Assembly (NCBI GenBank): GCA_964016885.1
Contig: OZ024743.1
Coordinates: 224,130,001-224,194,000, forward strand
Direction: 5' to 3'
DNA from: Eledone cirrhosa
Lineage: Eukaryota
DNA: 64,000 nt
A program made the translations under genes and the position numbers. The notes beneath the pieces are model-generated. The model was given only the letters and a program-made list of their open reading frames with translations. It had not been told where the DNA came from and searched no databases. Shown one piece after another: positions 49,001 through 61,777 of this stretch (positions within the stretch are counted from its first letter, which is position 1; each line of letters opens with the position of its first letter).

Positions 49001-49547
49001 AAGACGACAGCTGTATAAAAAAGTGCAGGGCAATAAAGATAGACGGAAGCCACGGAGTAGGCAGACCCAGAAAAACCTGGGACGACCTGATAAATTCCGA
49101 CCTCACACACTTACACCTCTCCAAGACAATGTCACTGGACCGAGATCTTTGGCGGTACTCAGTAATAGAGAAGACCCGCCTTACCTAAATACAAAGTAAA
49201 ACCTACTACAGTCAGTAGGCATCTCTAACAAAATACACCCCCGTCCCACCACCCCCATCCCATCCACACCGCCCCTTTCAATGTAAAGTTATGTTGGTGC
49301 CACAACATCCAGGCCGAAACAAATGAGATCGTGTAGGTATCATGACAAAAAACACACAGTCCACGCTGTAATGTGGCCGTGTAGGCAACACGGTAAAAAC
49401 CTCCCAGTCCCACACTGTAAACGTGGTTGGTGTTAGGAAGGTCATCCAGCTGTAGAAAACCCGCCAGACAGTCCTATGCGTGCAAGACAACCACTCTTGC
49501 CTCAACCCATGCAAGCGTGGAACATGGACGTTAAACGATGATGATGA
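46041..49547 (+). mobile_element. Near full-length RTE LINE (APE + RT + PHD-like finger), inactivated
   Basis: GTMNV, IQETRW, GDLNGH, VDYIL, SQHRL; KAFDRV, QGSVLSP, YADD. Stops at ~47709 and ~48566; deletion/frameshift at ~47890. Confidence 0.97.
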
Positions 49548-49589
49548 TATATATACATACTTACATATATATATATATATACATATATG

Positions 49590-49857
49590 TCTAAAGTCTA
49601 TCTTAAGCCAGAAGGCTCATTTGGCCGGTGCTTATCCCGGTTTCATGGCGAGAAGCGACTGAGAGTACAAGACTCCCCCCTGGACACGACGCCAGTCCAT
49701 CGTAGGGTTAAACCCCCAGCTGTTCCTGGTACTCATTTTCAGCTGTGTATACTAGAGCAACGTGAAATTACAAGAATACAACACGCAACCCAGGAATCGA
49801 GCCCACAACATTATGATCGTAAGTCCAACACTCTTACCACTAGGCCATGTGCCTGCA
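49590..49857 (-). mobile_element. Third tRNA-derived SINE type
   Basis: Minus strand GGCACATGGCCTAGTGGTAAGAG...GGCTCGATTCC head with a distinct tail. Confidence 0.75.
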
Positions 49858-49891
49858 TACATATATATATACTTACATATATATATATATA

Positions 49892-50530
49892 TCTTGGTTG
49901 TCCATCGTAAACGATGATGACATCTTCTTTATTTTAGTTCCCGTCTGCCATGGGCACGAAGGTGGCTGTGGAGGCCAATCCTTGACTTGCAGGTCCGGGG
50001 ACAGTGGGGGCAGGGGAAGAGACTGGAGCTGCTTGGAGCAGCTGTTGATGCCTTTCTCCTCCTTTTGATCTCCTCTGTCATCCCAGGGTCAGGAGGAGAA
50101 CGACTTGCACACCCAGGCCGCCCACATGTGGATTTGAGACTGGCAACTCCTAGAGGTTACTTCCACCTGTTACCTCCGCCTCTCACCCATCGCCGTAGGC
50201 CTTTGGGAGTGCACACTAAAGAAGAAACCTGTGCGGGAAAGGTTTATAGTGGGAGGGCCAGTGCAGTGACGGTCCCACTCACTCGGCTGCAGAAGCCAGA
50301 AACCAGTGGTACGGAGGACCGTCACGACCAGGGACTTCCTTGGCTGCAGTGGATGGCCACAACGTCTGTAGTGCCTTGCCGTACCCTAGCGCTCCACACC
50401 GCTTGCTGTCACCGCCTTCATGACTGTTGGGACGATGTTGTCGGCCTCCAATCTCTCCGCCGGGTCCAGTCTTCGCATGCAGGAGCAGGCATCCCCTATC
50501 TAACTCACCATTTGTCTCCATCATGGATCA
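49892..50530 (-). mobile_element. Non-autonomous bipartite RTE derivative (GC-rich 5' part + C-terminal C2H2 finger + 3' hairpin)
   Basis: Manual minus-strand translation FPCPHCPRTCKSRIGLHSHLRAH..stop, then CATCGTTTACGATG hairpin. Confidence 0.75.
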
Positions 50531-51005
50531 ACTAAGCACTCTTGCCATAATAATAATAATTTTGAACTGCTTATCTTCAAGAACTATGCCTGTAAATAAT
50601 ATTATTTTTTCTTTCCCATTATTTATCATGTTCCGCATTACACACACACACCCCCCTTTTCTTTTTTTTCTTTTTTCTTTTCACTTCAAAAGCCTTGTTT
50701 GTAAATAACATTATTCTTTCTTCACCATTTCCTGAACATGTTCAACATCACCAACATTTTACACCAATACAAATTCCCCCCTTTGATAATGCATAAAATG
50801 CTGAAACCGGTAATAGACAATTATTAAATATATAAATAAATAAATAAATGCCATTGTTAATTAATAAATAAATTAACTAATACCTTAACACTTCACATAA
50901 AGTAAAATATTTTGTTTTAAACATTTTCTAACCCAGAAAAGAGAGAGGAAAATAAAAGGGAGAAAAATATATTTTTCTTCCTAATAATCGTTTTCTTCTC
51001 CCTAT

Positions 51006-51041
<36 letters not shown>

Positions 51042-51054
51042 AACAATACAATAT

Positions 51055-51132
51055 AATTACCTCATTACCAGAGGTTTCTCGAATAAGACAAATACAAGAA
51101 ACGTCCTCATTCGTTCGTCAGACAAGGCAATT
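51055..51132 (-). ncRNA. Intact-looking type-I hammerhead ribozyme
   Basis: AATTGCCTTGT-CTGACGA-A-CGAATGAGGAC..GTCTTATTCG-A-GAAA-CCTCTGG-TA-ATGAGGTAATT. Confidence 0.85.
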
Positions 51133-51742
51133 TAAAACATAGTGAAATATTTGAAAAATCTCCTCAAAAAAGGCAAAAGTTTAACGGGCAAAAAAAATAT
51201 ATAAATAAAAGTAATACAAGAGATATATAAAAATAAAATAAGGAAATATAGTAAGGGTATGTGTATAAATGTGTGTATATGCACCTACAAATGTACATAT
51301 GGGTGTATGTACAAATGCATGTGTATAGTGAAAAAATGTGTGCATAAGTACATACATGAGGGAAAGCATATCAGTGTATGTGTGACCACAAATACGTATA
51401 TAATATATGTTGAAAAAAGAAATTGTAAGATAATAGAGTTAGCGTACATACAGACTCAGGGACTAAGGATTGAAATATATACACATACAAGTATGAAAGC
51501 ACGCATATAAACACACACACACGCACAACCACATACATGTATGTAATATATACAGGGAAGGGAGTGTATCAGTCAAAGCAGTTTCAGGCTGAAGAGATAA
51601 AAATATAAAATATGAAAATGAAAAAATATATATGAGAATAAAAAAATTAAATCAAAGAGAAAGAGGGAGGGGTTATCAATTATAAAGTAACACTAGAAAA
51701 ATAAATAAAAAGTAGAAAACATACAGAGGTTCGTACGCACAT

Positions 51743-51857
51743 ATCATCATCATCATCATCATCATCGTTTAACGTCCATCTTCCACGCTAGCATGGGTTT
51801 GGACAGGAGTTTTCCCACTTGTGGCAAGATTGGTTGTCTTGCTCGTATAGGACTGTC
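51743..51857 (-). mobile_element. RTE LINE extreme 3' end
   Basis: (CAT)n-CGTTTAACGTCC..GCATGGGTTTGGA. Confidence 0.85.
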
Positions 51858-52600
51858 TATATATATATAAAAATATATATATATATATATACGTACAGAC
51901 AAAAGCACATACATGCGTACATACATACAAAGGCGCGCATACATACACATGAAGCACATATATATACATACATGTACATCTAATCACACGCACGCACGCG
52001 ACCATATATATATATACACACACATATATATAAGTATGTAAAAAACATAGATATAAAAACACACATACACACACATATATACATACACGCGCACATACAA
52101 ATGCATTCGTATAATTATACAAACACGTATACACACATATGCACACTTACACGCATACATACAATATAAAAACCAGCCATATGAATAAATGAGTACAAAT
52201 TATATGCAAGTAAACATACGTAAAAGCGGGTGAGGGACAACAGAATATATCTGGAGTTGAAAACACAAGTGACATGTGGTATCAGGTAGTAAAAGAAAAG
52301 GGGGAAGTAAAATATGTAAAAATGTGAAAATATAAAGTAAGTGAATCAAAAAGCAGGGGGGGGGGGGTTCACTGGTGGATGTGAAGTAAAAATAAAGTTA
52401 AAAAAAAAATAAAAAAAATAAAAAAATAAAAGTAAATCAGGACGATAAGTCTGTAAAGAAGGTAAGTTAAGGAAAGTGAAGAACAAGAGTTTATGGAGGA
52501 TAAGTATCTGAAAGTGAGTTAAGTTTATATGAGCTGGAAAGCAAGTGTGATTTCATGTGTGGGCAAATCTGTTATTTTAATAAATATATATATATATATA

Positions 52601-52711
52601 TTAATAATTATTAATAATGGTATATCATGCAATGGCCATACTCGATAACGAGGGGTCAGCCATCATGTATATATATGTATATGTATGTATGAATATAAGT
52701 ATGTATATATA

Positions 52712-52778
<67 letters not shown>

Positions 52779-52853
52779 TGGATATGGCGTATGTCTTTTG
52801 GACATGACACCCTTAATTTAATTTTGGATATATATATATATTTCCCTGCTTCC

Positions 52854-52892
<39 letters not shown>

Positions 52893-53071
52893 AAAATTAA
52901 ATTAAGGGTGACATGTCCGAAAGACATACACCATATCCAAGGTATATATATATATACATATATATATACATACTTATATTCATACATACATATACATATA
53001 TATACATGATGGCTGCATCCTCGTTATCGAGTATGGCCATTGCATGATATACCATTATTAATAATTATTAA
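52601..53071. repeat. ~470-bp palindrome with internal (TA)n tracts
   Basis: Outer arms 52601-52710 / 52960-53071; inner arms 52780-52835 / 52885-52938. Confidence 0.9.
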
Positions 53072-53338
53072 TTAATTCTATCATGCAATGCCTATGCATG
53101 AAGATATTTTTTAAAGTGAGGAAAGACTGTGCACTGAGCCAATCCCACTCTCTGAGCGACAGTAGCTATAACCCGAAAAGAAGAAAAGACCAACATCATC
53201 AGTAACTACTGAGCCGCAGGTTTTATATCAGAGTATACATATACATACTTATATACATATATATACATACTTATATACATACATACTTATATATATATAT
53301 ATATATACATACTTATATATATATATACATACATATAC

Positions 53339-53384
<46 letters not shown>

Positions 53385-53522
53385 ATACATACATATACAT
53401 ATATATATATATACATACATATACATACATATATATATATATACATACATATACATACATATATATATACATATACATATATATATATACATACATATAC
53501 ATATATATATATATACATACAT

Positions 53523-53586
<64 letters not shown>

Positions 53587-54375
53587 ATACATACGTATAC
53601 ATATATATATATACATACATATACATATATATACATACATACATATATATATATACATACATACATATACATATATATACATATATATACATATATATAT
53701 ATATACATACATATACATATATATACATATATATACATTCATACATACATATACATATATATACATATATATACATTCATACATACATATACATATATAT
53801 ACATATATATATATATACACATATATACATTCACATATATATACATATATATATACATATATACATATACATATATACATACACATATATATATACATAT
53901 ATACATACACACATATATACATATATACATAAACATATATATATACATATATACATACACATATATATACATGGAGGCACATGGCTTAGTGGTTAGAGCA
54001 TTGGGCTTGCAATCGAAAGGTTGTGAGTTCAATTCTCAGACCGGGTGATGTGTTGTTTCCTTGTGCAAGAGACTTTATTTCACATTGCTCCAGTTTACTC
54101 AGCTGTAGAAATGAGATGATAGGGACTGGGGTCCATATCATTCCACTGTAAAGAGGTCGTAGAGGTGCCACGGCAAAAAAAAAAAGCACCCAGCACTCAC
54201 TGTAAATGAGGTTGGTGTTAGGAAGGGCATCCAGCTGTAGAAATCAAGCCAGAATCAGTTCCCGTCCCACCCTTGCAAGCAGGGAAAAGCGGACGAAAAT
54301 GAAATGATGATGATGATGATGATACATACACATATATATATATACATATATATATATACATATATATATATATAC

Positions 54376-54408
<33 letters not shown>

Positions 54409-54420
54409 CATATATATATT

Positions 54421-54493
<73 letters not shown>

Positions 54494-54498
<5 letters not shown>

Positions 54499-57400
54499 CA
54501 TCATCATCATCATCATCGTTTAACGTCTATCTTCTACGCTAGCATGGGTTTGGACGGGAATTGTCCCACTTGAGGCAAGATTGGTTGTCTTACTCGTGTA
54601 GGACTGTCTGGCAGGTTTTCTACGGCTGGATGCCCTTCCTAACACCAACCACGTTTACAGTGTGGTCTGGGAGGTTTTTACCGTGTTACCTATACGGCCA
54701 CATTACAGCGTGGACTGTGAGTTTTTTTTTTTTTTGTCATGACACCTACACAACCTCATTAATTTAGGACTGGATGTTGTGGTACCAACATAACTTTACA
54801 TCGAAAGGCGTGGTGTAGATGGGGGTGGGGGTAGTGGAATGGGGGTGTATTTTGGTTAAGAGGTGCCTACTGACTTTAGGTTTCGCTTTGTACTTAGGCA
54901 AGGCAGGTCTTCTGTATTACTGCGTAGTGCCAAAGATCTTGGTCCAGTGACATTGTCTTGGAGAGGTGTAAGGTCAGAATTTATCAAGTCATCCCAGATT
55001 TTTCTGGGTCTGCCTACTCCGTAGCTACCGTCTATTTTGATCGCCTTGCACTTTTTATACAGCTGTCGTCTTTCATGCGCATCACATAACCGTACCAACG
55101 TAGTCTTCTCTCAAGTAAACAGCATCTGATCCCTCTTATTCCTAATTTCTCACTTAGTTCATTTATGCTTTGCCGTTCACATATATTACTATTACACATC
55201 CAACGAAGCATGCAAGCTTCGTTCCTCTCCAATCTGCATAGATCCTCTGCACACAATGCCCATGTTTCACTGCCATGTAACATTGCTGTTCGTATGCAGG
55301 CATCATAGAGCCTGACTTTCATTTTTAGAGAGAAACCTTTAGCGGCCAATAGTGGTATAAGCTCTCTGAACTTTTTCCATCCCGTTCTGACTCTAGCTAC
55401 TGTACTTTCAGCGCACCCTCCACCACTGCTGATTTTGTCAACCAGTTAACGGAAATGAGCTAGTATCCTGTGGGCAGTTGCTACTACTTATTGCACCTGA
55501 GCACAGGCCACATATAAAATCTATGTTCTTAGTTAGCTTACCTGTGATCCCACTACATCTTTTATGCACCCATACTTTGCATTTGGGACATAAAATTGAG
55601 TTTCTGCCTACTCCTTTCCTACACACTGAGCATGGCCATTTCCCAGAGGGGACCAGTGCCCTATTTTCCTTCCTACATACTAGAACTTTAGTCTTAGACA
55701 AATTAATTTTAAGACCTTTTGATTCTAGGCCATGCATCCATGTTTGGAATTTCTTCTCTAGTTCAGCCATTGATTCAGCTATGAGGGTTAGATCATCTGC
55801 CTATGCGCAGCCGGTCTTGAACTCCTCTGTTATAGCCTGAAGGGCAATAATAAATAGGAGGGAGCTAAGGACAGAGCCCTGATGAACACCAACTTTTACG
55901 CTAAACTCTTCACTATATTTATTGTTAATTCTAACCTTGCTGACTGTTTCTTTATACATGGCTTGTATAACTCTCACAAGCCATTCATCAACACCTAGTT
56001 TTCTGAGAGCCCACCAGATAATGGGGGCGTCGGACCCTGTCGAAGACTTTTTCCAAGTCAACAAAAGCTAAGTATAGGGGTTTACTTTTAGCTAGGTACT
56101 TCTCCTGTAGTTGTCGTACAAGGAAAAGAGCGTCTGTGGTACTTTTACCTGACACAAACCCAAACTGCATTTCATCTAGATCAATTCGTTCTCTGATTAG
56201 TTGTGCTATTACTTTTTCTGTGACCTTCATGACCTAGTCAATTAATTGAATGCCTCTATAGTTTCCCCTATCTAGGGCATCACCTTTACCCTTGTTGCAG
56301 TTAATGATGATGCTGCTATGCCAGTCCTTTGGTACGACCCCATTCTGTATGACTTGGTTTACTATCCGGGTGACCATAGTGTGTCCTACCGTTCCAGATG
56401 CTTTCAGCATTTCAGCAACTATTTCCGAAGGCCCAGCCGCCTTGCCCGTCTTCATATCTTTGATTGCCTTATTTATTATACTACCTTCAACTTGCACTCC
56501 TGGTCCCTCTATTGGATCGTTGTGGGGGAGACTGTCTTTCTCCCATTTATTCTCCTCATTTAGTAGCCTTTCGTAGTGACACTTCCAAGCTACCTTCTTA
56601 TCAGCGTCAGTGATGGCAAGTACACCATCATTATTACGGACACACTTCTCCCCGACAATATCACGGTTTTCCTTGACACATTGCCTAGCAATCCTGAACA
56701 CCTCGCGTTTTTGGTCCTTGCGTTGTAGAACATACTTGAACTTTCTTTCCTCTGATTCCCTTCTTGCGAAGTACACTTGTCTCCTAGCCACTTGATAGTC
56801 TTCTCTACTTCCCCCATCCCACCATACTTTCCAAGCCTGCTTTTTGGTGTTGATTGACTCCTCCACCTTACTGTTCCACCACCAAGTTACTCTCCTCTTG
56901 CCTATAGGTCTGCTCCAGCCACAGACTTCATCTGTCGCCTTCAGCAGGTTACCTTTCAGGAATTCCCACTTTTCCTCTATATTGTACGACTCTAATTGCT
57001 CTTCCTTACTGTCGAAAGCATCAAGTAATATGCTTTTAAATTTAACTTCCATATATTTAACTTCCATATTTTTCTCCTGAGGATTGTCCTCTGCTGTTGT
57101 TGAGTACGTCTTGTCCTGACTATGAGGTCGCTAACTATGAGGTGCATTCTTCATGGGGGAGGGATTTAGTGTTTACAACAGACATCTGTCACATCTTCTG
57201 GTAAGGATATAATCTATCTGACTGGCGTGTTCCCCTGATCTATAGGTGATCAATGATTGTCTCGTTTTTTGAAGTTTGTGTTACAGATAGTTAGGTTATT
57301 TGCGTCACAGAATTCCAGGATTCTGGAGCCTTCCTCATTTCTAGTACCAAACCCATAGCCTCCATCGATTCCGTCAAAGCCATCACAATGTTGTCCAACG

Positions 57401-57797
57401 TGACCATTTAGGTCGCCAGAAATAATTAAGTAGTCACTGTCGGTTATTTGGGAGGTAGTGAGCATTAACGACCCATAGAATCTGTCTTTTATAACGCCAG
57501 GCAGTCCGGATTGGGGTGCATACGCAGATATTATTGTCATAGTAGTTCTATTTAGGACAAATTTTAATTATTCTGTCGTTCACTCTATTTACGTCTATTA
57601 TCTTATCTGCCCACTTTTCTGCTAGCATGATTCCTACTCCACCCAGCCCATTGTTATTTCCCACCCAGAAAAGCTTATAGCATCGTTTTTTACCCACAAT
57701 GAATCTAGCAGACCCACCCCTCCACCTGGTCTCTTGAATACAACAAACATCAACTTCCTTACGTTCAAGCATCTCTACAACCTCGTTAGAGCAACCT
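54494..57797 (-). mobile_element. Near full-length RTE LINE, decayed, 5'-truncated in the APE domain
   Basis: ORF pieces 55032-57772 are homologous to 46041-49188; (CAT)n tail. Confidence 0.96.
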
Positions 57798-57803
57798 TTT
57801 ACA

Positions 57804-57916
<113 letters not shown>

Positions 57917-58115
57917 GCAAAAGTTCTATTTAAATTGTTGGGATACAACAACCAAATATTTTTATAACTGATATAAAGCACTCAACTAGTATTTGGAGTA
58001 AACATACGATACTAACAAATGGAAACTATATTTATAAAAGCATATTTATTTCATTATTTCAAGGGCACCAAGTTATGTATAATGAAATAATAAATATGGT
58101 TTTATAAATTGTTAA
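57917..58115 (-). mobile_element. pLTR tail of the 2500-2607 family, partly folded back; second copy at 63886-64000
   Basis: AAATGGAAACTATATTTATAAAA..CATATTTATTT..TTTCAAGGG shared with 2512-2570. Confidence 0.7.
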
Positions 58116-58117
58116 TA

Positions 58118-58188
<71 letters not shown>

Positions 58189-58425
58189 TATATATAAATA
58201 CATATATATATACATATGTGTATACAGACGTGTGGCTGAGTGGTTAGAGAATTGGATTCACAATCTTGAGGTTGTCAGTTCGATTCCTGGACCGGACGAT
58301 GCGTTATGTCCTTTCACATTGCTCCTTCTACCTGGAGTTGCGACCGATAGATAGTATTAGCAACTGGAAAGACAAATGGAAATATTGTTTCCTCGGTCCG
58401 ATTTGACGAAAGTCAATCGATCCTT

Positions 58426-58520
<95 letters not shown>

Positions 58521-58523
<3 letters not shown>

Positions 58524-58888
58524 AAAAAAGAGATGAAATCGAAAATGCAACTGGAGTCTTATTTTTTTTTTAAATATATATATTTATTTGGTTTCTTTAC
58601 CAGTTTCGCAGTTCTTCTGCTTTTCAAAAGGTGAGTTGAGATGGAGGGTCTGTAGTTTTTCTCACATTTTCTCAGATGTGAGAAAAACCACAGACCCTCC
58701 ATCTCAACTCACCTTTTGAAAAGCAGAAGAACTGCGAAACCGGTAAAGGAATCAAATAAATATATATATTTTTTTTAAAAATAAGACTCCAGTTGCATTT
58801 TCGATTTCATCTCTTTTTCTTTATACTTTCACTCGTGTAGGACACCTCGGTTATTTTTCAATTTGTAAAAAAAACCTCACTCTCTAAT
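58521..58888. mobile_element. Fold-back U3-A8 HHR element: palindrome 58521-58820 (centre ~58671) plus tail
   Basis: Plus-strand motif at 58712-58749: CCTT-TTGAAAA-GCAG AAGAA CTGC-GAAA-CCGG-TA-AAGG; mirrored at ~58594-58631. Confidence 0.88.
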
Positions 58889-58918
58889 ATATATATATAT
58901 TAGAAAGTGAGGTTATAC

Positions 58919-58997
<79 letters not shown>

Positions 58998-59034
58998 TAT
59001 ATATACAGATATATATACACATATATATATACAT

Positions 59035-59446
59035 ATCATCATCATCATCATCATCATCATCGTTTAACGTCCGTGTTCCATGCTTGCATGGGTTTGGACG
59101 GGAGTTTTCCCACTTGAGGCAAGAGTGGTTGTCTTGCTCGCATAGGACTGTCTGGCGGGTTTTCTACAGTTGGATGCCCTTCCTAACACCAACCACATTT
59201 ACAGTGTGGGGCTGGGAGGTTTTTACCGTGTTGCCTACACGACCACATTTCAGCGTGGACTGTCTGGCAGGTTTTCTACAGCTGGATGCCCTTCCTAACA
59301 CCAACCACATTTACAGTGTGGGACTGGGACGTTTTTACCGTGTTGCCTACACGGTCACATTACAGCGTGGACTGTGTGTTTTTTTTTTTTTTGTCGTGAC
59401 ACCTACACGATCTCATTTGTTTCGGCCTGAATTTTCTGGCACCAAC
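59035..59446 (-). mobile_element. RTE 3' UTR with an internal ~110-bp tandem duplication
   Basis: GGACTGTCTGGC...GCGT occurs twice (59145-59256, 59257-59368). Confidence 0.88.
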
Positions 59447-59464
59447 ATATATATATATATACAC

Positions 59465-59495
<31 letters not shown>

Positions 59496-59498
59496 CAC

Positions 59499-59583
<85 letters not shown>

Positions 59584-60076
59584 CACATATATATATACAC
59601 ATATATATACATTTATATATATACACATATATATATATATACATATATATATACACATATATATAAATATATAGATATATATATACACATATATATAAAT
59701 ATATACATATATATATACACATATATATATATATACATATATATATACACATATATATAAATATATACATATATATATATACATATATATATACACATAT
59801 ATATAAATATATACACATATATATATATATATACATATATATATACACACATATATATATACACACATATATATATATATATATACATATATGTATATAC
59901 ACATATATATATATACATATATATATACATAGATATATATATACATATATATATACACATATATATACATATATATATACACATATATATATATATACAT
60001 ATATATACACATATATATATATACATATATATACACATATATCTACATATATATACACATATATATATATATACAT

Positions 60077-61574
60077 AGGTTAGAATTAACAACGAATATA
60101 GTGAAGAGTTTAGCGTAAAAGTTGGCGTCCATCAGGGCTCTGTTCTCAGCCCACTACTATTTATTATTGCCCTTCAGGCTATAACAGAGGAGTTCAAGAC
60201 AGGCTGCCCATGGGAACTCCTATACGCAGACGACCTGACACTCATAGCGGAATCAATGGCCGAGCTAGAGAAGAAATTCCAAACATGGAAGCACGGCCTA
60301 GAGTCAAAAGGACTTAAAATTAACCTGGCTAAGACCAAAGTACTAGTTTGTAGGAAAGAAAACAAGGCGGCGGTCCCTTCTGGGAAATGGTCGTGCTCGG
60401 TGTGTAGGAAAGGCGTAGGTAGAAACTCCATTTTATGTCCTAAATGCAAAGTATGGGTGCATAAAAGATGTAGTGGGATCACAGGTAAGCTAACTAAGAA
60501 CATAGATTTTACATGTGGCCGGTGCTCTGGTGCAATAAGTAGCAGCAAGTGCCCACAAGCTACTAGCTCTTTCAATTGCGCAGAGGGTTCTATAGAAATA
60601 GTGGACAGCTTCCGTTACCTGGGCGATAAAATCAGCAGTGGGGGAGGGTGCTCTGAAAGTACTGTAGCTAGAGTCAGAACTGGTTGGAAAAAGTTCAGAG
60701 AGCTTATACCACTATTAGCTGCTAAAGGGTTCTCACTGAAAATGAAAGGCAGGTTGTACGATGCCTGCATACGAACAGCAATGCTGCATGGCAGTGAGAC
60801 CTGGGCATTGTGTGCAGAGGATATACGCAGACTAGAGAGGAACGAAGCTTGCATGCTCCGCTGGATGTGTAACAGTAATATACGTGAACGGCAAAGCATA
60901 AACGAACTAAGGAAAAAATTAGAGATAAGAGGGATCAGATGTTGTTTACTCGAGAGAAGGCTACGTTGGTATGGACACGTGATGCGCATGAAAGTCGATA
61001 GCTGTATAACAAAGTGCAGGGCAATAAAGATAGACGGTAGTCACGGAATAGGCAGACCTAGAAAAACCTGGGACGAGCTGATAAACTCCGACATCACACA
61101 CTTACACCTCTCCAAGACAATGTCACTGGACCGTGACCTTTGGCGGTACCCAGTAACAGAGAAGACCCGCCTTACCTAAATATATAGTAAAACCTACTCC
61201 AGCCAGTAGGCATCCCTAACAAAATACACCCCGTCCCACCACCCCCACCCCTACCCCATCCACACCACCCCGTTCTATGTAAAGTTATGTTGGTGCCGCG
61301 CCATCGAGGCCGAAACAAATGAGATCGTGTAGGTGTCACGACAAAAAAACACACAGTCCACGCTGTAATGTGGCCGTGTAGGCAACACGGTAAAAACCTC
61401 CCAGACCCACACTGTAAATGTGGTTGGTGTTAGGAAGGGCATCCAACTGTAGAAAACCTGCCAGACAGTCCTATGCGAGCAAGACAATCACTCTTGCCTC
61501 AAGTGGGACTACCCCCGTCCAAACCCATGCAAGCGTGGAACACGGACGTTAAACGTTGATGATGATGATGATGA
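60077..61574 (+). mobile_element. RTE LINE, 5'-truncated, uninterrupted C-terminal ORF (to 61179)
   Basis: 307-aa ORF with PHD-like finger and LRWYGHVMR; (GAT)n tail. Confidence 0.96.
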
Positions 61575-61777
61575 TACATATATATATACACATATATATA
61601 TACACATATATACATATATATATACACATATATATATATATACATATATATATACACATATATATATATACATATATATATATACATATAATATATATAC
61701 ATATATATATATATATACGTATATATATATACATATATATATATATACATATATACTTATATATATATATACTTATA

